Virus record (IMG/VR): IMGVR_UViG_3300028835_002196
Location: 12,247-76,246 of that record
Direction: 5' to 3' (one strand)
DNA: 64,000 nucleotides
From: a virus
Below are positions 17,409 to 26,921 of this stretch, piece after piece. Both the position numbers and the translations under genes were made by a program. The notes below the pieces were generated by a model. That model saw only the letters and a program-made list of their open reading frames with translations. It did not search any database and was not told the DNA's origin. Numbering within the stretch: position 1 is the stretch's first letter; every line of letters starts with the position of its first letter.

Positions 17409-18505
17409 TATGTTAAATCTAATTTACCAATTTCTCTATCTACTATATCCTCTGAAGGTTTTTCTTTGAGGTTAATAACAAGGGATTTTGTTGTTAAATT
17501 ACGTTTATCAACCCAGCGAACACCCCCGTCATTACCAAAGTCAATAAAATCTGATCGGTTATTTACCATATACTCAATTAACTGGTTTTTTGTATAATCC
17601 CTCTTGAATCCTAATCTTTGAATGATCTTTTTCAACATTTCATCTTCCCTGCATACTGCAAATAAGGCAAAGGATCCTTGTATTCGATCACGTTCTTTTA
17701 AGAATTTTAATGACATATATTCTTTATAAGCCTCTGTATCGTCAGGGGGGGGTTCCAGTCTTTGAATTATCGCATCATACTTTTCCGCTATAGCAATTTC
17801 CCCTGCTATATCTGCTTCATTTCTCTTTAGAAAAGCTTCTTTTGCCGGAACTATTCTATCATACCAGAAAGACTTTGTTACTTCAAGAATTTTCTCTGCC
17901 ATGGCCCTGTCCTGTTGAATGTATTCAACCCGGAAATCATTACCATCCTTCAGGATCGCTATTTCAGCGTAATCAACTTCTAATATTATCATGTATGTCT
18001 GTAACTGGACCAGGAAATACTGCGGGATACCACTTTCCCATACCTGGGAAGCCCAATAAGACAGGGTTTTGCATTCCAGGGGAACTTCATCAGTTAAAGG
18101 TTCGCTGGTAATAAAATTTGCTCCCCCTTCAATATTTATAACCCTATCTACAGACGCAAATAACCACGGGTACTTGGGATTAACCACGTACCCGTTAACA
18201 TTCTTACATCTGCGAATTACCCGGTTATTAGCCCGGTTTTTAACATATCCATCAGGGGTGTCATCCCAATACTGCCAGATCTCGGCTATTTTATTCTCAT
18301 GCTCCCTGCCCCAAAACATTTTCGTGTTATCTTCCATCCATAGATCTGCTGTCCCTACTTTCTCGTGGTATATACGCATCCAGGTATCATACTTGTTTAT
18401 TCCCAACACCGTTCCTACTTCCGATCCACCAATACCATTTGCCCTGTAAGCATACCACCCAGGGCTGTGCATGGCCATTCTGATTATCTTAATACCCTTT
18501 TTCAT
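17405..18505 (-). CDS. YqaJ-like viral recombinase / lambda-type exonuclease
   Basis: W...R..GIGGSE, WGREHE, ASVDR, LECKT and Y..QLQ.YM. Confidence 0.9.
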   Translation of the reverse strand: MKKGIKIIRMAMHSPGWYAYRANGIGGSEVGTVLGINKYDTWMRIYHEKVGTADLWMEDNTKMFWGREHENKIAEIWQYWDDTPDGYVKNRANNRVIRRCKNVNGYVVNPKYPWLFASVDRVINIEGGANFITSEPLTDEVPLECKTLSYWASQVWESGIPQYFLVQLQTYMIILEVDYAEIAILKDGNDFRVEYIQQDRAMAEKILEVTKSFWYDRIVPAKEAFLKRNEADIAGEIAIAEKYDAIIQRLEPPPDDTEAYKEYMSLKFLKERDRIQGSFALFAVCREDEMLKKIIQRLGFKRDYTKNQLIEYMVNNRSDFIDFGNDGGVRWVDKRNLTTKSLVINLKEKPSEDIVDREIGKLDLTY

Positions 18506-18513
18506 ATTATATT

Positions 18514-18741
18514 TTAATTTTCGGATGTAAAAATTTTCAACCTGATTGCTTTTGCCAATTCTTCCAGTTTTTCTGCAAGCAGTTTAGGTGTAAGTGTCTT
18601 ATCAAAAGTGAGAAAAAATGAGTGATCTTTTTTCATGCCTGCCATTAAAAATAATCTTGATTTCTCCTTGGTAAGTTGCTTCGCCCATTTACTAGCCCGA
18701 TCATTATTAAATATTTCTGTTACTCTGTCTTCTCCTATCAT
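18514..18741 (-). CDS. Hypothetical protein
   Basis: 75 aa; ATGA coupling. Confidence 0.6.
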   Translation of the reverse strand: MIGEDRVTEIFNNDRASKWAKQLTKEKSRLFLMAGMKKDHSFFLTFDKTLTPKLLAEKLEELAKAIRLKIFTSEN

Positions 18742-19409
18742 AATTCATCAAGATTAAGGTGTTTCAGCATTCCTTTTACAGTATTATAATAATCATTCAA
18801 CTTTTCTATTTGCCCGGGAAGTAATTTTTCAGGAAAAGATCCCTGATGTAAAATATCTTCTTTGATATTAACATAATGCCTGGCAATTTCATTTACCAGG
18901 TTCTCATGCCGTTTTACTAAAGTAACCGTAGTGTTATATGTTTTGCTACAAATCTCAAGCTCTGTCTTTAACTTTTCAAAATAAGCCTGGTATTTCTTTT
19001 TTTTATCGGCAGGAATAATACTATCTCTCATATATTCCCATCCTTTCTCTACTTTTTCTGCTAATGGAAGGATAAACCGGCCGTGAAACTCGTCCAATTG
19101 ACTTGCACATTCCCAATTATCCACTACACTGTACTCGTCTTTGGGATTATATTCGTCAGCCTTCTGCACATGTTGTTGTAAAACATTAATAGGTACAATA
19201 TTAAGATTTACACCTTTTATGTTTTGCTGCGGAAACTCCCGGATCTTTCTTATTGGTATAACAAATGTTCCCGGATACAACAACTTTCCTGTTCCTTTCT
19301 CAATATAGGTAATTTTAACCATTACCTGATCATTGGCATCTAATCCCAGGACATTAAGCCCCACGGACCGGTCCTTCCATATAGGTTCTTCTATTTCAAT
19401 TAATTTCAT
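18738..19409 (-). CDS. Hypothetical two-domain protein
   Basis: N-terminal IEEPIW..RSVG beta domain plus a helical C-terminus. Confidence 0.65.
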   Translation of the reverse strand: MKLIEIEEPIWKDRSVGLNVLGLDANDQVMVKITYIEKGTGKLLYPGTFVIPIRKIREFPQQNIKGVNLNIVPINVLQQHVQKADEYNPKDEYSVVDNWECASQLDEFHGRFILPLAEKVEKGWEYMRDSIIPADKKKKYQAYFEKLKTELEICSKTYNTTVTLVKRHENLVNEIARHYVNIKEDILHQGSFPEKLLPGQIEKLNDYYNTVKGMLKHLNLDEL

Positions 19410-19735
19410 GACAGTTTCAATTCAGGGTGACGGCTGAGTTCTTTTATTCTCTGGCTTTCTTTTTTACTCAACACGCACCCGCTACCCTCATTTTTCTCCC
19501 ATTCCTTTGCATGATCAATTAATTGCTGGGCAATTTTCATCCAGAAATTCTGAATATCCTCACCCATCATATTAAAAAAAGTAAGTGCAAAGGCTTTCCC
19601 ATGTTGCCGGGCAAGTTTTTCGGCAAGATTTTTAATATGGGGCGTACCCTCGTAAAGGGCTTCCGCTAATTCCCTAGCAGACAACTTTGCGTCTTCGGGT
19701 TTCAGCATTACTGAGTTAAACGGAGTTAATACCAT
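19406..19735 (-). CDS. Hypothetical protein
   Basis: 109 aa; ATGA coupling. Confidence 0.6.
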   Translation of the reverse strand: MVLTPFNSVMLKPEDAKLSARELAEALYEGTPHIKNLAEKLARQHGKAFALTFFNMMGEDIQNFWMKIAQQLIDHAKEWEKNEGSGCVLSKKESQRIKELSRHPELKLS

Positions 19736-19739
19736 AATC

Positions 19740-20630
19740 TTACGATTTGATTTTTACTGGCAATTCTATCTCGAATTTTATATTATTTATTGCTTTTTCA
19801 ACAATGCCCGGTACTTCTTCTTTGATGATCCTACGTACCTGATCATCAATTTCCATTAATGCTTTTGCAGACAAATTTACTCCACTAGGGCCAGGAGCAC
19901 CTATTCCCTTATACGTATCCCAAATTCCTTTACCATCAGACGCAGTCTTATACTTGCCACCATCAGGCTGAGGGGTCCCTACTGGAAAAAGCACCCCCAT
20001 ATCTTCATATACTTTAAACTTACCATCAGGGCATTCCACAAAATTAACTATTCCGTTTTCTTTATCAACCCACACGAAATTTCCTACACGCACTTCTAAA
20101 TCTATTTTAGCTTCCTGCTTACCTTCAGGAGTAAATTCCAATGTCTCTTTCGTGACAATCTCAACATCTGCCTTATCCATAGATGTCTCCTGATCCCCGG
20201 CATTAATTTCTGAAACGTCTTCGGGAGCCGTAACGTGAACTTCTTTCCTGCTTTTCGGATCAGTATATGTCCTTACCTTAGAATCATCGGGAGACGGACT
20301 ACTATCGGTCTTCTTCTCACGTGTAAGCTTCTTTGTCTTAAGGTCATCTATCTGAATAATTTTAACCGGTTTTTCCCCATGATCTTTAATAACACCGGCT
20401 TCAATAAACAAGTTATTACTAGCTTTATACAGGGTCTCCCAATGTCTTTGAGGGATTTGAGTAAACCAGTAACTCTCATTTCCCAGGCGAGTATATATGT
20501 AATCAGGAACGCCTAATATTCTACAAACCTCCTGAGTTGATACCTGGTTAAGTTCTCTTCGAAATTCTAATATTTTACTTGCTACCTTTTTATAAACAAG
20601 CTCGCTCCATGGATAACGTTTTGGATTCAT
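19740..20630 (-). CDS. Hypothetical protein, possible N-terminal HTH
   Basis: STQEVCRILGVP segment; probable start ATG 20630. Confidence 0.55.
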   Translation of the reverse strand: MNPKRYPWSELVYKKVASKILEFRRELNQVSTQEVCRILGVPDYIYTRLGNESYWFTQIPQRHWETLYKASNNLFIEAGVIKDHGEKPVKIIQIDDLKTKKLTREKKTDSSPSPDDSKVRTYTDPKSRKEVHVTAPEDVSEINAGDQETSMDKADVEIVTKETLEFTPEGKQEAKIDLEVRVGNFVWVDKENGIVNFVECPDGKFKVYEDMGVLFPVGTPQPDGGKYKTASDGKGIWDTYKGIGAPGPSGVNLSAKALMEIDDQVRRIIKEEVPGIVEKAINNIKFEIELPVKIKS

Positions 20631-20641
20631 AATATATAGTT

Positions 20642-22594
20642 TTAAAATGGACAATCATCATCAATAGGGGTATATATTTCCAACTGATCAGGATCCTCTT
20701 CCTGAGTGATCGTTCCAAGGTTTATTTTTTTATGTGTTATATGATAGTCTTTGTCTTTTTTATTTATCCTGAAATTATTGAATTTAAGAAAATCAAGCCT
20801 GATAATCCCTTCTGTTCCAATCTCCTCAAACCGAATCTTCTCTACTTTCAGATAAGTAGTTGTAATATCTTTGGCCTTATATTTCAAGTCATCGTTTTCC
20901 TCTTCCATCTCCGCAGCTTCCCCATCGGTAAGAGCAGCAAATTTATACCTGTGTATAATGACTGCAATATCCGCCTTCTCATACCATGCCGAAGATCCTT
21001 TGATATCATAAACACTTGGCATAATGTAATTTCCATTCCTGTCTTTCGCTAATTTCGTGGGATGAGCAATAATAAAACCATGAATATTATGATAGGTATT
21101 AAAATCCGCCAAGTATTCAAGTTGGCTTTCAATAAATTTGGTTTCGCTCATGTAGCCTGGTGCATCATTATCCAGCTTATTATAAGCATCAATCACATAA
21201 CCAAAGATATTCTCTGTTTTAACAAGATGGCTAATATATTTACAAATAGACTGTAATTTAGTCACATCTGTCCTTTTAATCGTGCCATCAAAACTTTCAT
21301 AATTCCGGTTATCAGGAGCCACTACAATGAAACGGTTCTCGATAAAGTTCAATATATCTGCCCATTCCTTATCATCCATACTATCAGGTTGACCCTCCTG
21401 ATATGTTTTCTCAACGAACAATTCAGCCAATTTAACGTGTTCTCTTGCTGTTGGCCTGTTTTCAGGTGTAAACATGGCCAGTTTAACTTCAGTATTTACC
21501 TTCACAAGTTCTTTTAAATACCATCTTAAAACAACAGATTTCCCCATGCCCGGAACGCCTGACCAGAAAGATATATGGCCTCTTTTAGGAGTAAATAAAA
21601 AATCCAGTTCCGGATGTCCGCAGCTCAAGCCGGGTTGTAACCCTTGTTTACGATATTCAATTAAATCATGCTTTATATCACTTGGCCGGATAATTCCCTG
21701 AATAGGCAGATTAGTGGCATTCTCATAACATTCCCTGACTTTATCAACACCCAGGGCCTCTAACTTGTCTGCCCCTCTCAATACTTCATTAATATCTTTG
21801 TAACCTTTGGGATACTTTATTATCTTACATCTCCACTTACCCAGCCTGCGGGTAAGCTCTTCAAATAGCACATACCCGGCATCGTCATCATCAACGCTGA
21901 TATAAAAATAATCAACATGCTTTGCTATTTCCCTGAAATAAGGATCATTGAGATAATTAAATTCCTTTTTAAAATTTTTTGCCTTCAGGCTGGGTGCTCC
22001 CTGGGGAACACTAAGTATATTCCTTAGCCCGGCCTCCCGGTAAGTCAGACAATCCCATTCTCCTTCTGTAATACCTACAATATTGTCTTCTTCCCGGAGG
22101 GGATCTTTATTAATTGACAGGGTTTCTAATCCCCAAAAAACAATTTTAGTCCCATACTCTTTCTTGATCTGCCACCACTTAAGCTTTGCTCCGGGTTTAT
22201 AGTTCAGGAATTTTACATTAACCAGGGCGTAATTTTCATAATAAGGAAAACCGATAATACCCTTATCGGTTTCATATATCATAGCCTGGGTCAATGTTGT
22301 TGTTGAAAAACCGCGATCCCTGTAATACTTTGTAAATTCCAGGGAAAATTTCCTCTCTACATTCATATGTGTCGGCATGCCCGAATTTGCCCTAACCTTC
22401 TCATACTTCTCCATCACTTCCAAATTGCCGGACCATCCACAACGATGACACTTAAACCATCTGTTACCAACTTCATTGTTTACCGTAAGGCAAGGGTGTT
22501 TGGGGTGTTTGCTTGTCTCGCTACAATTAGGACAGGTAACAGAATGTCGGTCTTTCCCCGGGGGGGACTTTATGCCTAATTCTATAAATTCCAT
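20642..22594 (-). CDS. Primase-helicase (T7 gp4/Twinkle-like)
   Basis: Zn finger CPNC...CHRC, TOPRIM ITEGEWD and DDDDAG, KDINE, Walker A GVPGMGKS, IAHP.K and YDIKGS..WY.KAD. Confidence 0.93.
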   Translation of the reverse strand: MEFIELGIKSPPGKDRHSVTCPNCSETSKHPKHPCLTVNNEVGNRWFKCHRCGWSGNLEVMEKYEKVRANSGMPTHMNVERKFSLEFTKYYRDRGFSTTTLTQAMIYETDKGIIGFPYYENYALVNVKFLNYKPGAKLKWWQIKKEYGTKIVFWGLETLSINKDPLREEDNIVGITEGEWDCLTYREAGLRNILSVPQGAPSLKAKNFKKEFNYLNDPYFREIAKHVDYFYISVDDDDAGYVLFEELTRRLGKWRCKIIKYPKGYKDINEVLRGADKLEALGVDKVRECYENATNLPIQGIIRPSDIKHDLIEYRKQGLQPGLSCGHPELDFLFTPKRGHISFWSGVPGMGKSVVLRWYLKELVKVNTEVKLAMFTPENRPTAREHVKLAELFVEKTYQEGQPDSMDDKEWADILNFIENRFIVVAPDNRNYESFDGTIKRTDVTKLQSICKYISHLVKTENIFGYVIDAYNKLDNDAPGYMSETKFIESQLEYLADFNTYHNIHGFIIAHPTKLAKDRNGNYIMPSVYDIKGSSAWYEKADIAVIIHRYKFAALTDGEAAEMEEENDDLKYKAKDITTTYLKVEKIRFEEIGTEGIIRLDFLKFNNFRINKKDKDYHITHKKINLGTITQEEDPDQLEIYTPIDDDCPF

Positions 22595-22597
22595 AGG

Positions 22598-22981
22598 CTA
22601 AAGACAATAACCCAGGCTAACATTCAAATATTTCATTGATTTATCGTCCCTGTATATAAATCTCGGACCTTTGTGATCATCCCCAGGGAAAGGATAACAG
22701 TGATTCAATGCAACCCCCGTGTCAGCACCATCATTAAAAAAAACTGGCCGGTTAGTCATGTTTGTTATCGTGGGAACACTTTTTTTGGTCAGGTCAGCAA
22801 ATTGCTTAATCGTCCAAACATTATATCTCATACGCTCTATGACGTACTCTTTGTCTTTGTTAAGCTTCTTGCTGAGCATGCCTATAAGATCATGATCAAA
22901 CTTAACAAAACAAATTATAACATCCTTTATTTCTCCCGGACGTTCCTGAATTACTACCGAATCTTCTTTTGTCTCTGTCAT
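22598..22981 (-). CDS. HTH-like protein, first gene of the replication operon
   Basis: WTIKQFADLTKKSVPTI resembles an excisionase/MerR-type HTH; ATG 22981 lies just downstream of the promoter. Confidence 0.55.
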   Translation of the reverse strand: MTETKEDSVVIQERPGEIKDVIICFVKFDHDLIGMLSKKLNKDKEYVIERMRYNVWTIKQFADLTKKSVPTITNMTNRPVFFNDGADTGVALNHCYPFPGDDHKGPRFIYRDDKSMKYLNVSLGYCL

Positions 22982-23002
22982 ATTATAAAACTTTTGTTTG
23001 CT

Positions 23003-23034
23003 CAAAGATATTCATAAAAGATAACTTTTACAAA
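23003..23034 (-). promoter_or_regulatory. Bacteroidota primary-sigma promoter for the replication operon
   Basis: Minus strand TTTG-N20-TATCTTTG, exact consensus. Confidence 0.8.
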
Positions 23035-23058
23035 CTTTCTTTTAAATAAAATTTGCTA

Positions 23059-23097
23059 TAAATAAAACATGGGGCAATCTTGTGTGAAAGCCCCATG
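23059..23097 (-). terminator. Intrinsic terminator of the late/lysis operon
   Basis: CATGGGGC...GCCCCATG stem followed by TTTTATTT on the minus strand. Confidence 0.75.
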
Positions 23098-23133
23098 AGT
23101 GAAGATCTAAATAGCGAGGAGCTATGAGATCTA

Positions 23134-23743
23134 TTATCTTTTTAGTTTTATTTTTCGGCCAAACTTAAACCCGATCAAATTTTCCTGACCAAACCTGGTA
23201 TACTGGATACCGTAGATGTTATCCTTCTTGTTGATCAAGTCCAGATCAGCTCCGAATAAGAACTTTCCGCTATGGGTTCCCCCCCCTAACCTAATAGCAC
23301 CATATAATCCTGTTTGCTGAACCCTGACCTCGTACGGTACCGGTATAGGTTTTGTTACCTCCACGATCGTCTGCACCTCTGTGAGGGTTATTTCATGTCG
23401 CCAATTCCAATACGTTAGCAAACCTTTTACTGTTGCATTAATCCAAAAAGAACGTATCATTAATAGTGCTATCACTATAATAATTTGTCTGAGGATCTAC
23501 AGCTATAGCTTTTGGAATTTCACGATCAATAAACTCTGTTTTCCATCGTGTTATAAAGGTGTCTACCTTTACCGTATCCGGAGGCCTGTTAGCAATGGCT
23601 ATGATACTATCAATAAAAGATTGATCAACCACTGTTTTACCGGCCGGTAATTTATCTGGTCTCGAACATTCTTGCAGAAATACAACATACCCTACCAATA
23701 CAATGATAGTAATACCCATTAATGATATGCCAAATTTTTTCAT
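23134..23743 (-). CDS. Spanin-like membrane protein split by a +1 frameshift at 23445-23449
   Basis: N-terminal TM helix, DTV.VDT linker and C-terminal alternating beta strands; the two ORFs join as NDTFFWINATVKG if one T of a T5 run is skipped. Confidence 0.5.
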
Positions 23744-23745
23744 TA

Positions 23746-24045
23746 CTAGGTAGCTGAAATGGTTGCATTTGATGAGGCAACTTTCCAATTCGAGCCATCA
23801 CTGATAGCTAGCGTTGGAGCACCCGCATGACCATCGGTCACATAAATCATTGCACCTGCAACTTGTTCTTCATCCAAAGCCTGGGCCTCGGCAGTAGTGT
23901 ATGATGGTAACATGAAGGGAAGTTCAACAAAGGCCCTGGTCCCCTGTACTCCTATTCTTTTACGACCACCAGTAACCGTCTGAAATTGGATCGCACTTAT
24001 ATCTAAATCACGATCAAATACTCTTTTTGGAACATCAAGTTTCAT
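23746..24045 (-). CDS. Small fibre/decoration-like protein
   Basis: LPSYTTA...GAMIYVTD...SDGSNW motif typical of trimeric fibre segments. Confidence 0.55.
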   Translation of the reverse strand: MKLDVPKRVFDRDLDISAIQFQTVTGGRKRIGVQGTRAFVELPFMLPSYTTAEAQALDEEQVAGAMIYVTDGHAGAPTLAISDGSNWKVASSNATISAT

Positions 24046-24140
24046 AATTTTTAATGGTTTAAGTTAATACTGGATTTAATTATATAAAAAAACGAATTTA
24101 CATTATTTTCCTTAATATCTCCTATCCAATCCATAATAAT

Positions 24141-24704
24141 TTATGCTATTTTTTTTCTCGGTACCTGAATCTTACTTAAGTTTTCTAGTTTTTCCCTGAT
24201 TGATTTTCTTGCTCTCAAATATTGCGACCTGGATGTACTCTCGTTAATTCCCATCAATTTAGCAATTTCCTTATGACTATACTCCTGCACTGCATACAAT
24301 TCAAAAATCATTTTGTATCCTCTAGGTAGCGAGCCTATTATGTCAAGCAATTCATTACACACAAAAACTGGATCGTTAAAACTCAGCTCTATTTCTGTTT
24401 CATCAATACTTTTGACATCGTAATGATAGTGATAATGCTTCTTATTTCTGTTATAGTTTGTTTTAGCCGTGTTGAAGATTATTGCTGCCATCCAGGCCCT
24501 TAATGGAGCTGTTCCCCTGTACTCGTCGATTTTCAGTAAAATCTTCAGAAACCCCTCCTGTAATATATCTTCAGCCTCCGAAGTTTCAAAGGCATACCTT
24601 TTACAGATGTTTATGAAAAACACTGAATACTGTTCAAATAGTTGCTTCTGAGCCTGCTGGTTCTGTTTTATACATTGTTCTATAAGTTGCTTCTCATTAA
24701 ACAT
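24141..24704 (-). CDS. ECF-type sigma-70 factor
   Basis: Region 2 AEDILQEGFLKI...W...I..N and region 4 LP.GY..IF.LYA...YSHKEIA..MGI.ESTSRSQY.RAR. Confidence 0.92.
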   Translation of the reverse strand: MFNEKQLIEQCIKQNQQAQKQLFEQYSVFFINICKRYAFETSEAEDILQEGFLKILLKIDEYRGTAPLRAWMAAIIFNTAKTNYNRNKKHYHYHYDVKSIDETEIELSFNDPVFVCNELLDIIGSLPRGYKMIFELYAVQEYSHKEIAKLMGINESTSRSQYLRARKSIREKLENLSKIQVPRKKIA

Positions 24705-24727
24705 TTTCGTGCATTATTTTGGTTTTT

Positions 24728-25390
24728 TCATGATTGAAATTTTAAGTATTCAAGAATCCCTTCAAATATAGCATAAGCTCGATCATTACGAAACCCATCA
24801 TCTTTCAAGTATCTTAAATCCCTGTTATTTGTCATAAAAGCATTCTCAACCAGCACCCATACACCTTTCGTTTCACGTAATATGAAATAATTCTGTCCTT
24901 TAATTCCATTGTCATGCCTGGGACGAATTACGTGACTATTTTTTGCATCAGATTGCCTTATACTATCAGCAATACACATGGCCAGCAACTTCCCTTTTTT
25001 AGATTCCCTTTTACCCTTCTTATAATAGTACACACAGAAACCATTTGCATCCGGTTTAGGAACTAATCCGTCAGCATGAAGGGAAACACCTATCAATTTT
25101 TTGCCTCTTGCCTGAGCGTCTAAAAACAACCTGTTCTCTATTTCTTTTCTCCTGTTCAATCCTTCATCTCTCCAACCGGCAGCCAGTTGATAATATTCCA
25201 TTCCGGAATAATTCCATAAAAGAGTGAGCTTGTCTTCTTCTGCCGTGTTAAATTCATTCTCTCTCAAGGATCCGTCAATACTCCTCTTACCGCCAGTCAG
25301 CCAACCATGCCCCGAATCTGCCACGAATACATAATTTTTGATAAGAGATGTCAATTGGATTATTGCCTGTTTATCAAATATGTTATACAT
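24728..25390 (-). CDS. N-acetylmuramoyl-L-alanine amidase (Amidase_3) endolysin
   Basis: DSGHG, E, SLHAD and LVENAFMTN. Confidence 0.9.
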   Translation of the reverse strand: MYNIFDKQAIIQLTSLIKNYVFVADSGHGWLTGGKRSIDGSLRENEFNTAEEDKLTLLWNYSGMEYYQLAAGWRDEGLNRRKEIENRLFLDAQARGKKLIGVSLHADGLVPKPDANGFCVYYYKKGKRESKKGKLLAMCIADSIRQSDAKNSHVIRPRHDNGIKGQNYFILRETKGVWVLVENAFMTNNRDLRYLKDDGFRNDRAYAIFEGILEYLKFQS

Positions 25391-25426
25391 TATTTTCCCC
25401 TTTCTTTTTTGTAACAAAACTGTCTT

Positions 25427-25894
25427 CTATACAATTCGAATCAGCATTCCAAGCCATACCAGATAATAAGCTACTATCTCAATCCAGAATGTATGATTTC
25501 TCATATTACATTTCATTGCCGGAATCGTAAATATTAACTGGGCCAAAACAAAGTACCAGAGATTGAAATCAATGATCAATGCGGCCATCCCGAAAATAAT
25601 TCCGGCCATAGCACCGATAACATGAACCTTCTCAGTTAGTTCAGTATTTTTTGTATCCGCTGCGGCTCCGGCAAAACATATTGCTAATCCGGCAAGGAAG
25701 GTTAAAGCTGTTCCTCCTGCTATCATTAACGGGATTGAAAACCCCCAGAGAGAGAGGGTAAAAATCCATTTATTTTCGATATAATACCATGATGCTGAAA
25801 CAGACCGGAGCCATCCAAACTTAATTGTTATTCCTGCCACATAGGACGTGAATATAATGAAACTCAGGATCAACGCTATTAATTTGTAATTCAT
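25427..25894 (-). CDS. Multi-pass membrane protein, holin-like by position
   Basis: Five or more hydrophobic helices; directly upstream of the endolysin. Confidence 0.55.
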   Translation of the reverse strand: MNYKLIALILSFIIFTSYVAGITIKFGWLRSVSASWYYIENKWIFTLSLWGFSIPLMIAGGTALTFLAGLAICFAGAAADTKNTELTEKVHVIGAMAGIIFGMAALIIDFNLWYFVLAQLIFTIPAMKCNMRNHTFWIEIVAYYLVWLGMLIRIV

Positions 25895-25907
25895 CACATT
25901 TAGAGTT

Positions 25908-26144
25908 TTAGTTTTTAAGTAAGTAAGAAACTCCAAGGATAAAAGCCGTCCATGCTCCACCTATTATGGCAAAAAATTTGTTTTGCCTTTTTTTTAAATT
26001 CTGAATACAATCGGTGTTATCTTGTATTTGTTTAGATACACCTCCTGGAGTATACTTGGTGCCTAACGCCCAATCTTTTATTTCTCTTACGTCTTCAGCA
26101 AGAGCTACAAAAGTTTCTTCATTCACTTCAATTTTTTTGCTCAT
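25908..26144 (-). CDS. Small coiled-coil plus C-terminal TM protein (holin/antiholin-like)
   Basis: MSKKIEV...FFAIIGGAWTAFILGVSYLL; ATGA coupling. Confidence 0.55.
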   Translation of the reverse strand: MSKKIEVNEETFVALAEDVREIKDWALGTKYTPGGVSKQIQDNTDCIQNLKKRQNKFFAIIGGAWTAFILGVSYLLKN

Positions 26145-26554
26145 TTGAGAATACGGGTTATAATTTCTTTTATCCATAAATTCTTTATACCAAGTAATAT
26201 CAGCCCCGCTAAAATTACTAACGTTAGTTTCCACATGCTAAACCATCCCAGGAAGAGCAGAATAACCGCTGCTGTAATGGAGAGTAGACTTATCATGATT
26301 ATTTTCCAGTACTTTCTATACTTGAAGGCATACACGGGACTTATTACCGGGATCTCCGGGCTGAGAATTTCATCCAGAATCTCCAAAGGAATTTTGTCTA
26401 AGTTATTCAGTATAACACGCAGGCCTTTATCCCCGTTGCCTTCACCACGAGGAATAGGGTTAGAAGGAATAGAAACTTCCCCAGGGTCAACCCATAATTG
26501 ATATGATCGATAAACAACAAAAGGCATTAACCTGCCCGTTCTACCTAAACTCAT
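26141..26554 (-). CDS. Membrane protein with two C-terminal TM helices
   Basis: Hydrophobic C-terminal half; lysis region. Confidence 0.5.
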   Translation of the reverse strand: MSLGRTGRLMPFVVYRSYQLWVDPGEVSIPSNPIPRGEGNGDKGLRVILNNLDKIPLEILDEILSPEIPVISPVYAFKYRKYWKIIMISLLSITAAVILLFLGWFSMWKLTLVILAGLILLGIKNLWIKEIITRILK

Positions 26555-26557
26555 GTT

Positions 26558-26869
26558 TCAACGCATTACTGTTATATACAATTTAGCACCTAATACAGAA
26601 ATTTTCGTTGTTATCTGTACGGTAAAATATTCTACCAAATCCAAAGGCAAATATTTATCCGTTGCTGCTGCCGTTGTTCCAAAAATAAAATGACATACAG
26701 CATCCGCAACTAACCTCACCACTTGACCAGGATAAAATGTTTCAGTAGATGTTGCTGAGGCACTTGTTCCATCAACTATTTCATGGTGCCCCACAGGAGA
26801 TAACGCCTGAATAGGTCTTTTTGAATAATCGTTCCCTAGCTTGGGAACATCGCCTTTCTTATTAGCCAT
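26558..26869 (-). CDS. Small beta-rich structural-type protein
   Basis: VVRL.AD..CHF.FG...A..TD.YLP..VEYF pattern. Confidence 0.6.
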   Translation of the reverse strand: MANKKGDVPKLGNDYSKRPIQALSPVGHHEIVDGTSASATSTETFYPGQVVRLVADAVCHFIFGTTAAATDKYLPLDLVEYFTVQITTKISVLGAKLYITVMR

Positions 26870-26921
26870 AACTTTTAACTATTTATATTTAGTAAATCTA
26901 ATCAATACTTTTAAACAAATT

